From Acidimicrobiia bacterium (GTDB lineage: Bacteria > Actinomycetota > Acidimicrobiia > Acidimicrobiales > Aldehydirespiratoraceae), in NCBI GenBank assembly GCA_021296315.1, contig JAGWAO010000006.1, positions 8,977 to 72,976 on the forward strand: a DNA stretch of 64,000 bases, in the 5' to 3' direction. The notes beneath the pieces are model-generated. The model searched no databases and was not told where the DNA came from. It worked only from the letters and a program-made list of their open reading frames with translations. The position numbers were made by a program, and so were the translations under genes. This document shows positions 45,029 through 53,555 of the stretch, piece by piece. Position 1 is the stretch's first letter; every line of letters starts with the position of its first letter.

Positions 45029-46720
45029 ATGACTATGACGATGACGCGGACGGTCACGAGTCCAGCCGCGGGCGCGGCGGCTGAACTCTTCTCATCTCTC
45101 GGTCTGGCGACCGTCGACATTCATCACGGCTTGTCCCAGGACGAGCTGTTCGCGGCCGCCATCGCCGGCGATCTGGGCCGGGTGCGTCCCGGCGGGTCCG
45201 ACAACGAACACAAGGCCCACGCCACCATCCTGGGTCCCGACGGCCCGCTGATCTTCTACTCCGACCCATCCTGCACCGGGCGGCCGGTGCACGACACCTT
45301 CTGCGTGGACCGCTCCACCATCAGCGAGGAGGTGTGGTGGAAGGACGGCTTTGCGCCCTTCGACGCCGGCGCCTTCGACTCGCTAGTGGACCGCGTCGTC
45401 GCCCACCTCAACCGGCGCCGGGCCCGGCTGTACGTGGCCGACCTGTACTGCGGCGCAGACCCCGACTTCGCCGAGCCCTGCCGTTTCGTCGGCGAGTACG
45501 CCTCCCACGCCTACTTCTGCAACATCATGCTGCCTGCGCACCTGGACGGAGCCCCCGATCACCGCGATCACGGCTGGACGCTGCTGAATGTGCCGTCCTT
45601 CCACTGCAACCCCGGCCGCGACGGCACCCGGTCCGAGCGGGCGGTGATCATTGACATGGAACGCCGGCTGGCTCTGGTGCTGGGCCGGGCCGACTACTGC
45701 GGGGTCAACAAGAAGACGATGTTCACGATCATGAACTTCGTGCAGCCCGGCGAGGGTCAACTCTCGATGCACTGCTCGGCCAATGTGGGCACTGAGGGGG
45801 ATGCCGCCATCCTGTTCGGCCTGTCGGGAACGGGCAAGACCACCCTGTCGGCCGACCCCGATCGTGATCTCATCGGTGACGACGAGCACATCTGGACCGA
45901 CTCCGGGATCGCCAACTACGAGGCCGGGTGCTACGCCAAGCTGATCGACCTCGACAAGGAGGCCGAGCCGGTCATCGCGGCGGCGCTGTCGATGAGGGGC
46001 ACCCTGATCGAGAACGTCCCCGCCGTCGGTGGTCGGAGCCTCGCATGCACGCACCCCCAGGATCTGGACCTGCGGGACCGGTCCATCACCGAGAACACCC
46101 GCTTCGCCTATCCGCTGGAGTGCAACCCGCATGTGGCGCCGGGGCACCGCGGCCCCCACCCGAACACCATCGTGCTGCTGACCGCGGACGCCTTCGGCGT
46201 GCTGCCGCCGGTCGCGATACTGGATCCCGACGAAGTGATGTACCACTTCGTCACCGGCTTCACCGCCAAACTGGCCGGCACCGAGGTGGGCGTCACCGAG
46301 CCTGCTGCCACCTTCTCGCCCTGCTTCGGTGCTCCGTTCATGTCCCGGAAGCCCGATGTGTACGCCCGCCTGCTGAGCCGGCGCATGCATGAGCACCGGG
46401 CCCGCTGCGTGCTGCTCAACACGGGCTGGTCGGGCGGCGCCTACGGTACCGGCCGGCGCATGCCGCTGGCGGTCACCCGCCGGCTGCTCGACGCCGCGCT
46501 GGCAGGCGAGTTCGACAACGTAGCGACCCGAACCCATCCGATCCTGGGCCTGACAATGCCGGTGACGTGCGACGGGATCGACGACAAGATCCTCGACCCC
46601 GGCACTACCTGGGATGATCCCGATGCCTACGACGCCGCGGCCGTTCAGCTCAGGAACCTGTTCCGCGCCAACTTCGACAAGCAGGGTTACGCCGAGATGG
46701 GGATCGCCGCCGCGATGTAG
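45029..46720 (+). CDS. pckA: phosphoenolpyruvate carboxykinase (ATP)
   Basis: ATG 45029 follows AAGGGAG. Kinase-1a GLSGTGKTTLS, IGDDEH, and NTGWSGG. Confidence 0.9.
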   Translation: MTMTMTRTVTSPAAGAAAELFSSLGLATVDIHHGLSQDELFAAAIAGDLGRVRPGGSDNEHKAHATILGPDGPLIFYSDPSCTGRPVHDTFCVDRSTISEEVWWKDGFAPFDAGAFDSLVDRVVAHLNRRRARLYVADLYCGADPDFAEPCRFVGEYASHAYFCNIMLPAHLDGAPDHRDHGWTLLNVPSFHCNPGRDGTRSERAVIIDMERRLALVLGRADYCGVNKKTMFTIMNFVQPGEGQLSMHCSANVGTEGDAAILFGLSGTGKTTLSADPDRDLIGDDEHIWTDSGIANYEAGCYAKLIDLDKEAEPVIAAALSMRGTLIENVPAVGGRSLACTHPQDLDLRDRSITENTRFAYPLECNPHVAPGHRGPHPNTIVLLTADAFGVLPPVAILDPDEVMYHFVTGFTAKLAGTEVGVTEPAATFSPCFGAPFMSRKPDVYARLLSRRMHEHRARCVLLNTGWSGGAYGTGRRMPLAVTRRLLDAALAGEFDNVATRTHPILGLTMPVTCDGIDDKILDPGTTWDDPDAYDAAAVQLRNLFRANFDKQGYAEMGIAAAM

Positions 46721-46735
46721 CTTCCGCGGTCGGGC

Positions 46736-46957
46736 TCAGAACTCGGGTGTACCCATGTCGACCTCCGAGCCGAGGCGCAACCGGGTGGCCCGGCCGTTCT
46801 CGTCGAGGTCGAACTGCACTCGCTGTCCCTGGCGCAGCATCCGGAACAGGGATCCTTCCAGGGCGTCGGCCGCAAGGTCGATGTCGGCCAGGTCGGCCTC
46901 GTTCACGAGCACTCCGTCGCCGGTGACGGGGTCGTAGCTCTTTATGACGCCCTGCAC
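46736..46957 (-). CDS. small hypothetical protein (73 aa), possible OB/CSD-like fold
   Basis: GTG 46957. The peptide VQGVIKSYDPVTGDGVLV...GQRVQFDL is reminiscent of small beta-barrel proteins. No clear SD. It is the C-terminal tip of a 658-aa antisense track ORF. Confidence 0.4.
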   Translation of the reverse strand: MQGVIKSYDPVTGDGVLVNEADLADIDLAADALEGSLFRMLRQGQRVQFDLDENGRATRLRLGSEVDMGTPEF

Positions 46958-47018
46958 AGGACGGCAGCTTAAAGCGAGCGCGGACCGGTGGGAAGTCTGT
47001 AGCGTCGTTGCAGCGCCA

Positions 47019-47122
47019 TTCCCGCTCCTGTTCGCTGCGCTCACGGACCGCTCGGGCCACGGCCTGGCTGTACGCCTCACGAATTCGTCCACTGGCCGCA
47101 ACCTCTCCGATCGGCCTCCTGG
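47019..47122 (-). repeat. modular interspersed repeat, copy F
   Basis: The reverse complement reads ccaggaggccgatcggagagg...ccaggccgtggcccgagcggtccgtgagcgcagcgaacaggagcgggaat. Lies upstream of the small 46957 ORF on the same strand. Confidence 0.85.
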
Positions 47123-47176
47123 CGAGCATCGCCGCCGTAGGGGACCGTGCCCGAGGTGACCGGTATCATCGGCGGC

Positions 47177-48862
47177 ATGGCACCGCTCGTTCTGGATGCG
47201 GCAACTTTGCGCCGCGCCATCGTCGGCTTCCACGGAGGACTCGCCGACCACCGCCAGGTGATCGACAATCTGAACGTCTATCCGGTCCCGGACGGCGACA
47301 CCGGAACCAACATGACGCTCACCATGCAGTCGGTCGTCGAGAGCCTCGACGGCGTCTCCGACGATCTTGAACCTCTGTGCACCGCAGTCGCACACGGAGC
47401 GCTCATGGGCGCCCGGGGCAACTCGGGGGTGATCCTGGCCCAGATCCTCAGAGGTGTGTCCGGCGTGCTGCGCGACTCGGCTGCAGCCGGCTCCGCGCCC
47501 GACGCACCGGTGGTGGCCCGAGCCCTGGCTGCCGCCAGCGACGGCGCGTACTCGGCGGTGGCCCGGCCCGTGGAGGGCACCATCCTCACGGTCATCCGCG
47601 AGGCCTCGGAGTCGGCCCAGGCCGCCGCCGCGGCCGGAGGGAACTTGACTGATGTATTCGACGCGGCCCGCGAGCGCGGCTATGACGCTCTGGATCGAAC
47701 CCCTGAGATGTTGGCGGTGCTGGCCGAGGCCGGGGTGGTGGACGCGGGTGGAGCCGGGCTGCTGCTGCTGTTCGATGCCTGTCTGGCCGAGGTCGACGGC
47801 CGGCCCATGCCCGAAGCCCCCGAGCCGCCGGCACCGCCCACAGCCGTCACCAGCGCGGCGGTACCGGCGGAGGAGTCGTCGATCGCAGACCTGCGCTACG
47901 AGGTGATGTTCCTGCTGGACGCGCCCGACCCCTCCGTCGACGGCTTCAAGGCTGCGTGGCAGACCATCGGGGACTCGATCGTCGTGGTGGGCGGGGACGG
48001 AATCTGGAACTGCCACATCCACACCGACGACATCGGCGCGGCCATCGAGGCCGGGATCGCGGTGGGCCGGCCCCACCGCATCCAGATCACGGACCTGCTC
48101 GACCAGGCGGCCGAGCACTCCGAGGCGTTCACGGCGCCGGAATCGGTACGCCCCGACGATGACGCCGTCATCGCGCCGCCCGTGCCGGTGGAGATCACCG
48201 AGGCCGACCGATGCTCGGTGGTGGCAGTGGGAGCCGGAGCGGGCGTGGTGGACATCCTCATGTCGATGGGGGCCCACCGCGTGGTGGCCGGCGGCCAGTC
48301 CATGAACCCCTCCACCGCGGAGTTGCTGGCAGCCGTCGACTCGCTTCCCACCGGCCATGTCGTGGTGCTGCCCAACAACAAGAACATCATCCCGGTGGCC
48401 GAACAGGTCGACGGCGAGACCGAGCGCACGGTGGGCGTCGTGCCCACTCGCAGCGTGGTCGAGGGGATCTCCAGCCTCCTGGCCTTCTCTCCGGGGGCCA
48501 CCGCGGCCCAGAACTCCGAGGCGATGGCAGTCGCAGCCGAATCGGTGACCCACGGCGAGGTCACCCAAGCTGTCCGTGACGCCTCCACTTCGGCTCGCCC
48601 CATCGCCGAGGGGGACTGGCTCGGCATCGGCCCCGACGGGATCGCGGCAGTTGAATCGGATGCGGCCGCGGCGGCGACCGCTCTGTTGGGCACCATCATC
48701 GACGACGACCACGAGTTGCTAACCGTGCTCACCGGCGTCGACGCGGACACCGTCACCACCGAGGCCATCGTCGGCTACGTGGCCGAGCACCATCCTGAGG
48801 TAGAAGTCGAGGTGTCAGACGGCGACCAGCCCCTGTACCCGTACTACTTCGGCCTGGAATAG
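47177..48862 (+). CDS. DAK2 domain fusion protein YloV
   Basis: NVYPVPDGDTGTNM and ARGNSGVIL (Dak2), followed by a DegV-like C-terminal half. It sits upstream of recG, the usual position. Confidence 0.85.
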   Translation: MAPLVLDAATLRRAIVGFHGGLADHRQVIDNLNVYPVPDGDTGTNMTLTMQSVVESLDGVSDDLEPLCTAVAHGALMGARGNSGVILAQILRGVSGVLRDSAAAGSAPDAPVVARALAAASDGAYSAVARPVEGTILTVIREASESAQAAAAAGGNLTDVFDAARERGYDALDRTPEMLAVLAEAGVVDAGGAGLLLLFDACLAEVDGRPMPEAPEPPAPPTAVTSAAVPAEESSIADLRYEVMFLLDAPDPSVDGFKAAWQTIGDSIVVVGGDGIWNCHIHTDDIGAAIEAGIAVGRPHRIQITDLLDQAAEHSEAFTAPESVRPDDDAVIAPPVPVEITEADRCSVVAVGAGAGVVDILMSMGAHRVVAGGQSMNPSTAELLAAVDSLPTGHVVVLPNNKNIIPVAEQVDGETERTVGVVPTRSVVEGISSLLAFSPGATAAQNSEAMAVAAESVTHGEVTQAVRDASTSARPIAEGDWLGIGPDGIAAVESDAAAAATALLGTIIDDDHELLTVLTGVDADTVTTEAIVGYVAEHHPEVEVEVSDGDQPLYPYYFGLE

Positions 48863-48883
48863 CCGTCGGCGGCCACGACGCCG

Positions 48884-51028
48884 ATGCCCGAAGGCGACCC
48901 GCCCCTCAGCCTCCGGGACCTGGACGCCATCGGCGTCAGCCGGCTGAAGAAGGTCGGCCCGAAACGAGCTTCGGCGCTGGCCGAGATGGAAATCCACACC
49001 GTCCTCGACCTGCTGCAGCACTATCCTCGCCGGTACCTTGACCGCACCCGTCAGGCTCGGATAGCCGAACTGCTCGCAGATGAGGCCGCCACGGTGGTCG
49101 GGACGGTGCTGCGCGGCTCCACCCGGCGCATCAGAGGCGGCCGGTCGCTCACCGACATTGTTATCACCGACGATACCGGCCGGCTCAAGCTCTCGTTCTT
49201 CAATCAGGCGTGGCGAGAGCGCCAACTCGCCCCGGAGGCGACCGTAGTCGTCCACGGCCGCCCCACCCGCTACCGCGGCACCCTGCAGATGACCAACCCC
49301 GTGGTCGATCCGGTGGGCGATCGCACGGGCCGGATCATTTCTGTGTATCCGCAGTCGGACAAGGCGGGCGTTCGCACCTGGGACATCGCGGGCAGCGTCA
49401 ACGAGGCTCTCAACCGATGCCACGACAGGCGCATCGCCGATCCGGTTCCAGCGGCGGTGCAGCGCAGCTTGGGACTGGTCGAGCGCCACACCGCCCTGAA
49501 CTGGATCCACCGGCCCGCATCGATGGAGGAGTCGGTACGGGCTCGTAGACGCCTCGTGTTCGACGAACTGCTCCGGGTTCAACTGCAGTTGGTGAGACGC
49601 AAGCGCCGTCTTGAACTGCACACCGCCGGCCTGCGCCACGCCACCGACGGGGAGCTGGTGGAGCGCTTCTGGCGGAACCTGCCCTTTCTGCTGACCGACT
49701 CCCAGCGGAGGGTGATCGACGAGATCGCCTCCGATCTGGCCAAGCCGCATCCCATGCACCGGCTGCTTCAGGGAGATGTGGGCGCGGGCAAGACGGTCGT
49801 GGCTCTCAGTGCGCTCTTGGCAGCAGTTCAGGGCCGGTTCCAGGGAGCGCTCATGGCGCCGACGGAGGTGCTGGCCGAGCAGCATCTCGAGACCATGGTG
49901 TCGCTTCTGGGCGACCTGTCGGTGCCCGACGCCTCGAGGCTCGGCGGGGAACGGCCCCTGCGCGTGGAGCTGCTGTCGGGCCGGGTGGGGGCGGCCGAAC
50001 GCCGTCGCACTGTCGCCGGGCTGGCCTCGGGAGAGGTCGACATCGTCGTGGGCACTCACGCCTTGATCTCCGAGGGGCTGGAGTACAGGGCGCTGGGCGT
50101 GGTGGTGATCGACGAGCAGCACCGCTTCGGTGTGGAGCAGCGGGCCGTGCTGCGCGACAAGGGCCCGGGTTCGGTGACCCCCGACCTGCTGGTGATGACG
50201 GCGACGCCCATCCCGCGCACCGCAGCCATGACTGTCTACGGGGATCTCGACGTCTCGGTGCTGGACGAGTTGCCGCCCGGACGGGTGCCGGTGGCCACCT
50301 CATGGGCCCGCACCCCCCTGGAGGAAACCGGTGTCTGGAGTGAGGTACGCGGCGCGGTGGCCGCGGGGCGCCAGGCCTATGTGGTGTGCCCGGTCATCGA
50401 GGAATCCGAGGCCCTCGACGTTCGCTCGGTGATCGAGACCCATGAGCGCCTGACCGACGACGGCGGTGAGCTGGCCGGGCTTCGGGTCGGGCTCCTGCAC
50501 GGCCGGGTGACGCCGGCCGAGAAGGAGGCGACGATGGAACTGTTTCGGTCGGCCGCTCTGGACGTGCTTGTGGCCACCACGGTGATCGAGGTGGGCGTGG
50601 ACGTTCCCAATGCGACGGTGATGGTGGTGCTGGATGCGGACCGTTTCGGCATCGCGCAGCTCCACCAGCTTCGAGGCCGGGTGGGGCGGGCCGAGCACGC
50701 CTCGGTCTGCCACCTGGTAGGGGAGGCCTCCACTCCTGAAGCCAGAGCCCGGCTCGAGGCCGTGGTGTCCTCCAACGACGGCTTCGAGCTGGCCGAGTCC
50801 GACCTCGAGCTGCGGGGTGAGGGCACCCTGATGGGTGAGCGCCAGAAGGGCCGCAACGACTTGAGGCTGGCTTCGTTGCGCCGCGACAAGGAATGGGTGG
50901 AGAGGGCCAGGACGTCGGCTATCGACATGATCGACGCCGACGCCGAGTTGAGCCGGCATCCCGACCTGCTCGACGAGATCGAGTTCATGCTCGGAACCGA
51001 CGATGTCGAGTTCCTGCTGAAGAGCTAG
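48884..51028 (+). CDS. recG: ATP-dependent DNA helicase RecG
   Basis: Wedge domain, GDVGAGKT (motif I), DEQHRFG (II), TATPIPRT, LHGR, QLHQLRGRVGR. Confidence 0.92.
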   Translation: MPEGDPPLSLRDLDAIGVSRLKKVGPKRASALAEMEIHTVLDLLQHYPRRYLDRTRQARIAELLADEAATVVGTVLRGSTRRIRGGRSLTDIVITDDTGRLKLSFFNQAWRERQLAPEATVVVHGRPTRYRGTLQMTNPVVDPVGDRTGRIISVYPQSDKAGVRTWDIAGSVNEALNRCHDRRIADPVPAAVQRSLGLVERHTALNWIHRPASMEESVRARRRLVFDELLRVQLQLVRRKRRLELHTAGLRHATDGELVERFWRNLPFLLTDSQRRVIDEIASDLAKPHPMHRLLQGDVGAGKTVVALSALLAAVQGRFQGALMAPTEVLAEQHLETMVSLLGDLSVPDASRLGGERPLRVELLSGRVGAAERRRTVAGLASGEVDIVVGTHALISEGLEYRALGVVVIDEQHRFGVEQRAVLRDKGPGSVTPDLLVMTATPIPRTAAMTVYGDLDVSVLDELPPGRVPVATSWARTPLEETGVWSEVRGAVAAGRQAYVVCPVIEESEALDVRSVIETHERLTDDGGELAGLRVGLLHGRVTPAEKEATMELFRSAALDVLVATTVIEVGVDVPNATVMVVLDADRFGIAQLHQLRGRVGRAEHASVCHLVGEASTPEARARLEAVVSSNDGFELAESDLELRGEGTLMGERQKGRNDLRLASLRRDKEWVERARTSAIDMIDADAELSRHPDLLDEIEFMLGTDDVEFLLKS

Positions 51029-51036
51029 GTCTGAGA

Positions 51037-51579
51037 GTGAGTATTCGTGTCGTGGCGGGCTCGGCCAAGGGCCGCCGGCTGGCAGCTCCCGATGGCCTCC
51101 TCACCCGGCCCACCCCCAACCGAGTGCGCGAGGCCGTGTTCAACTCGCTCTACTCGCTCGATGCCATCGACGGTGCCCGGGTTCTGGACCTCTTCGCCGG
51201 CACGGGTGCCTTGGGGATCGAGGCGCTGAGCCGGGGCGCGGCCGAAGCGGTGTTCGTCGAGCGCGACCAGGCGGTGGCCGACGTGCTGCGCAGCAACCTC
51301 GAGGCCACCCGCTTGGCGGACGCAGCCACCGTCATGGTCGTCGACGTGGAAGCGGCTCTCGCCGACCTGGCGTGTGGCCGCTTCGATGTCGCACTCGTGG
51401 ATCCCCCGTACGCCTTCGACGCTTGGCCGGAGTTGCTGTCGCGGGTTCCAGCTGAACTGGTCGTGGCCGAGTCGGATCGTCCGGTGGATGTGGGGCCGCG
51501 CTTTGCCATCCACCATCACAGGCGTCACGGCGGTACCGTGGTGACGTTCGCACAAGCTGCCGAGAGGCCGAGCGGATAG
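51037..51579 (+). CDS. rsmD: 16S rRNA (guanine966-N2)-methyltransferase RsmD
   Basis: GTG 51037. Motifs GRRL..P..LLTRPTPNRVREAVFN, LDLFAGTGALGIEALSRGA, VDPPY. The last five codons and the TAG stop lie inside solo repeat module I. Confidence 0.85.
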   Translation: MSIRVVAGSAKGRRLAAPDGLLTRPTPNRVREAVFNSLYSLDAIDGARVLDLFAGTGALGIEALSRGAAEAVFVERDQAVADVLRSNLEATRLADAATVMVVDVEAALADLACGRFDVALVDPPYAFDAWPELLSRVPAELVVAESDRPVDVGPRFAIHHHRRHGGTVVTFAQAAERPSG

Positions 51580-51585
51580 GGAGCA
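51563..51585 (+). repeat. solo 5' module of the interspersed repeat (copy I)
   Basis: gagaggccgagcggatagggagc. Only the first position differs from the module of copy B. Contains the rsmD stop and the GGGAG preceding the coaD GTG. Confidence 0.7.
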
Positions 51586-51589
51586 ATCA

Positions 51590-52075
51590 GTGACCCGTGT
51601 GCTGTACCCCGGATCCTTCGACCCGATCCACTACGGCCATCTCGAGATCATCGAGACCATCGCCCAACTATTCGATGAGGTGGTCGTGGCGGCCATGCGC
51701 AATCCCCAGAAGGGGGAGGGCCTGTTCAGCCTCGACGAGCGGGAGCAGATGATCAAGGAGTGCTGCGCTCACCTGCCCAATGTCTCGGTCGCGATGTTCT
51801 CCAACCTGGTGGTCAGTCTGGCCCGAGACCTGGAGGCCGACTTCATCGTCAAGGGGCTGAGGGCGGTCTCCGACTTTGAGAACGAGCTTCAGATGGCCCA
51901 GATGAACCACGCTCTGGCCGGTGTGCAGACGATCTTCATCCCCTCAGCCAGCAAGAGGTCGTTCGTGGCCTCCAAGCTGATCCGCGAGGTCGTCCGCCTC
52001 GGCGGGGACGTCTCATCCATGGTGCCTGAGTCGGTCCAGGCGCGGCTGGGCGGCCGTTTCGAGCAGGAACAATGA
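51590..52075 (+). CDS. coaD: pantetheine-phosphate adenylyltransferase
   Basis: VLYPGSFDPIHYGHLEII, and ..GLRAVSDFENELQMA. Confidence 0.92.
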   Translation: MTRVLYPGSFDPIHYGHLEIIETIAQLFDEVVVAAMRNPQKGEGLFSLDEREQMIKECCAHLPNVSVAMFSNLVVSLARDLEADFIVKGLRAVSDFENELQMAQMNHALAGVQTIFIPSASKRSFVASKLIREVVRLGGDVSSMVPESVQARLGGRFEQEQ

Positions 52076-52656
52076 GTTCAGGCGACCCGATCCCATCTAC
52101 TGAGACCGGCCGTTCCGACAGTTCGACCGAGGCTCGACGGCTGGCCGTCGAGCAGTTGCTCACCCAGGCCATCCGGATGGTGGAGAGGTCGCGGCCGATG
52201 CCGTTCTCGACCTCGGTGATGATCAACGGCGAAGAGCTGCTGGGGATTCTGCAGAAGGCATTCGCCGCCCTGCCGGAGGAACTGCGGGCGGCGCGGTGGA
52301 TGCTCAAGGAACGCGACGACATGCGGCTGCGTACGCAGCGGGAGGGCGAGGACATAATCGCGGCCGCCCGGGCTCGAGCCGAGCAGATGGTCCAGCGCAG
52401 CGAGGTGGTCAAGGCCGCGGAGATGCGGGCGAGACGGACGATCGACGAAGCGGAGGAGCGGGCCAGAAGGATGAAGCTGGAGACCGAGGACTGGTGCGAC
52501 CAGCGCCTCGCAGCCTTCGAGGCGATGCTTCACAAGACGGCCACCGCGGTGTCGACCGGGCGCCAGAGACTCCAGGACACCAGGTTGCCTCGGCCGGCGC
52601 CGGCGCCTCCTCCTCCCGAACTCGACGACGACATATTCGACCAGGACGTGGGTTGA
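52072..52656 (+). CDS. conserved coiled-coil protein, function unknown
   Basis: ATGA overlap with the coaD stop. Charged heptad-like region (..REGEDIIAAARARAEQMVQRSEVVKAAEMRARR..). Lies between coaD and yceD. Confidence 0.55.
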   Translation: MSSGDPIPSTETGRSDSSTEARRLAVEQLLTQAIRMVERSRPMPFSTSVMINGEELLGILQKAFAALPEELRAARWMLKERDDMRLRTQREGEDIIAAARARAEQMVQRSEVVKAAEMRARRTIDEAEERARRMKLETEDWCDQRLAAFEAMLHKTATAVSTGRQRLQDTRLPRPAPAPPPPELDDDIFDQDVG

Positions 52657-53120
52657 ACAAACCCCAGCGGCTGATTGTCGACTGCGCCCGGCTGGAAGCG
52701 GGTTCGGTCGACCGCATTGAAGTCGTCCGCCAGTGCCATCTGGATGATCCCGGTGTGCAGGGGGCTGCCGTGGTGGACGGCGTTGTGGACCTCGAAGTGA
52801 CGGTGCGAGGGGCCGGAGGGGCCTACGTAGCCGTCGGACGGGTGGCCGGCACGTGGACGGCGGAGTGCCGCCGCTGCCTCGAGGAGGTTCGCGGCCCGCT
52901 GGAGGCGTCGATGCGGGAAGTGTTCGAGTGGGAGCCCACCGAGGGGGAGACCTGGCCGATCAACGATCAACGCATCGACTTGGCTCCCGCGGCCCGGGAG
53001 ACGGCGATGCTGGCCCTGCCGCTGGCGCCGCTGTGCTCTGAGGACTGCGCTGGGCCCGTGCCGGAGCGCTTCCCGACCGGGCCCGCGGCGGCCGCTCGGC
53101 CTCTCATCACCGACGTGTAG
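52653..53120 (+). CDS. YceD/DUF177 family protein
   Basis: TTG 52653 overlaps the upstream stop (TTGA). Motifs ECRRCLEEV and PLCSEDCAG (paired Cys motifs). Position is immediately upstream of rpmF. Confidence 0.7.
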   Translation: MNKPQRLIVDCARLEAGSVDRIEVVRQCHLDDPGVQGAAVVDGVVDLEVTVRGAGGAYVAVGRVAGTWTAECRRCLEEVRGPLEASMREVFEWEPTEGETWPINDQRIDLAPAARETAMLALPLAPLCSEDCAGPVPERFPTGPAAAARPLITDV

Positions 53121-53190
53121 ACCGATGCGGTGGCCGGTAGGCTGGCCGGTCGCACATAGTCCGCTCGGCCGCCGACGATCAGGATCCCTC

Positions 53191-53370
53191 ATGGCTGTTC
53201 CCAAGAAGAAGACCTCCAAGGCCAAGGGGCGCAGCCGGAGGGCCTCCGCATGGCGGATTCGCCCGGGCGGCCGCAGCGCCTGCAGCCGCTGCGGCGCGGT
53301 CAAGCGGCCCCATCGCGTCTGCGGCAACTGCGGGTGGTACCACGACCGGCAGGCCATCGAGGTCGAATAA
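53191..53370 (+). CDS. rpmF: 50S ribosomal protein L32
   Basis: MAVPKKKTSKAKGRSRRA...CSRCG...CGNCGWY. Confidence 0.92.
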   Translation: MAVPKKKTSKAKGRSRRASAWRIRPGGRSACSRCGAVKRPHRVCGNCGWYHDRQAIEVE

Positions 53371-53555
53371 CCGACCCTTCGAACGCCCACCCGCAGTCGA
53401 GAATCAGACCTCATGGCGCGGTGATGGAACCTTTGTCGGCGTCGAGTGGTCTGAAACAGCATGGACCATGCGGTCGATAGCGGAATCCGGCGTCCTGCGT
53501 TCCCTTCGGCGATGGAACCGGTAGTCAACTCGACCACTCTGTGCTCGCCGGAGCC

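Noticed and set aside
46958-48712. Upstream 585 codons of the 658-aa minus-strand ORF 46736-48712
   Set aside because: This part is antisense to yloV and crosses repeat copy F. Only the last 73 codons (46736-46957) have a plausible independent start and a protein-like sequence.
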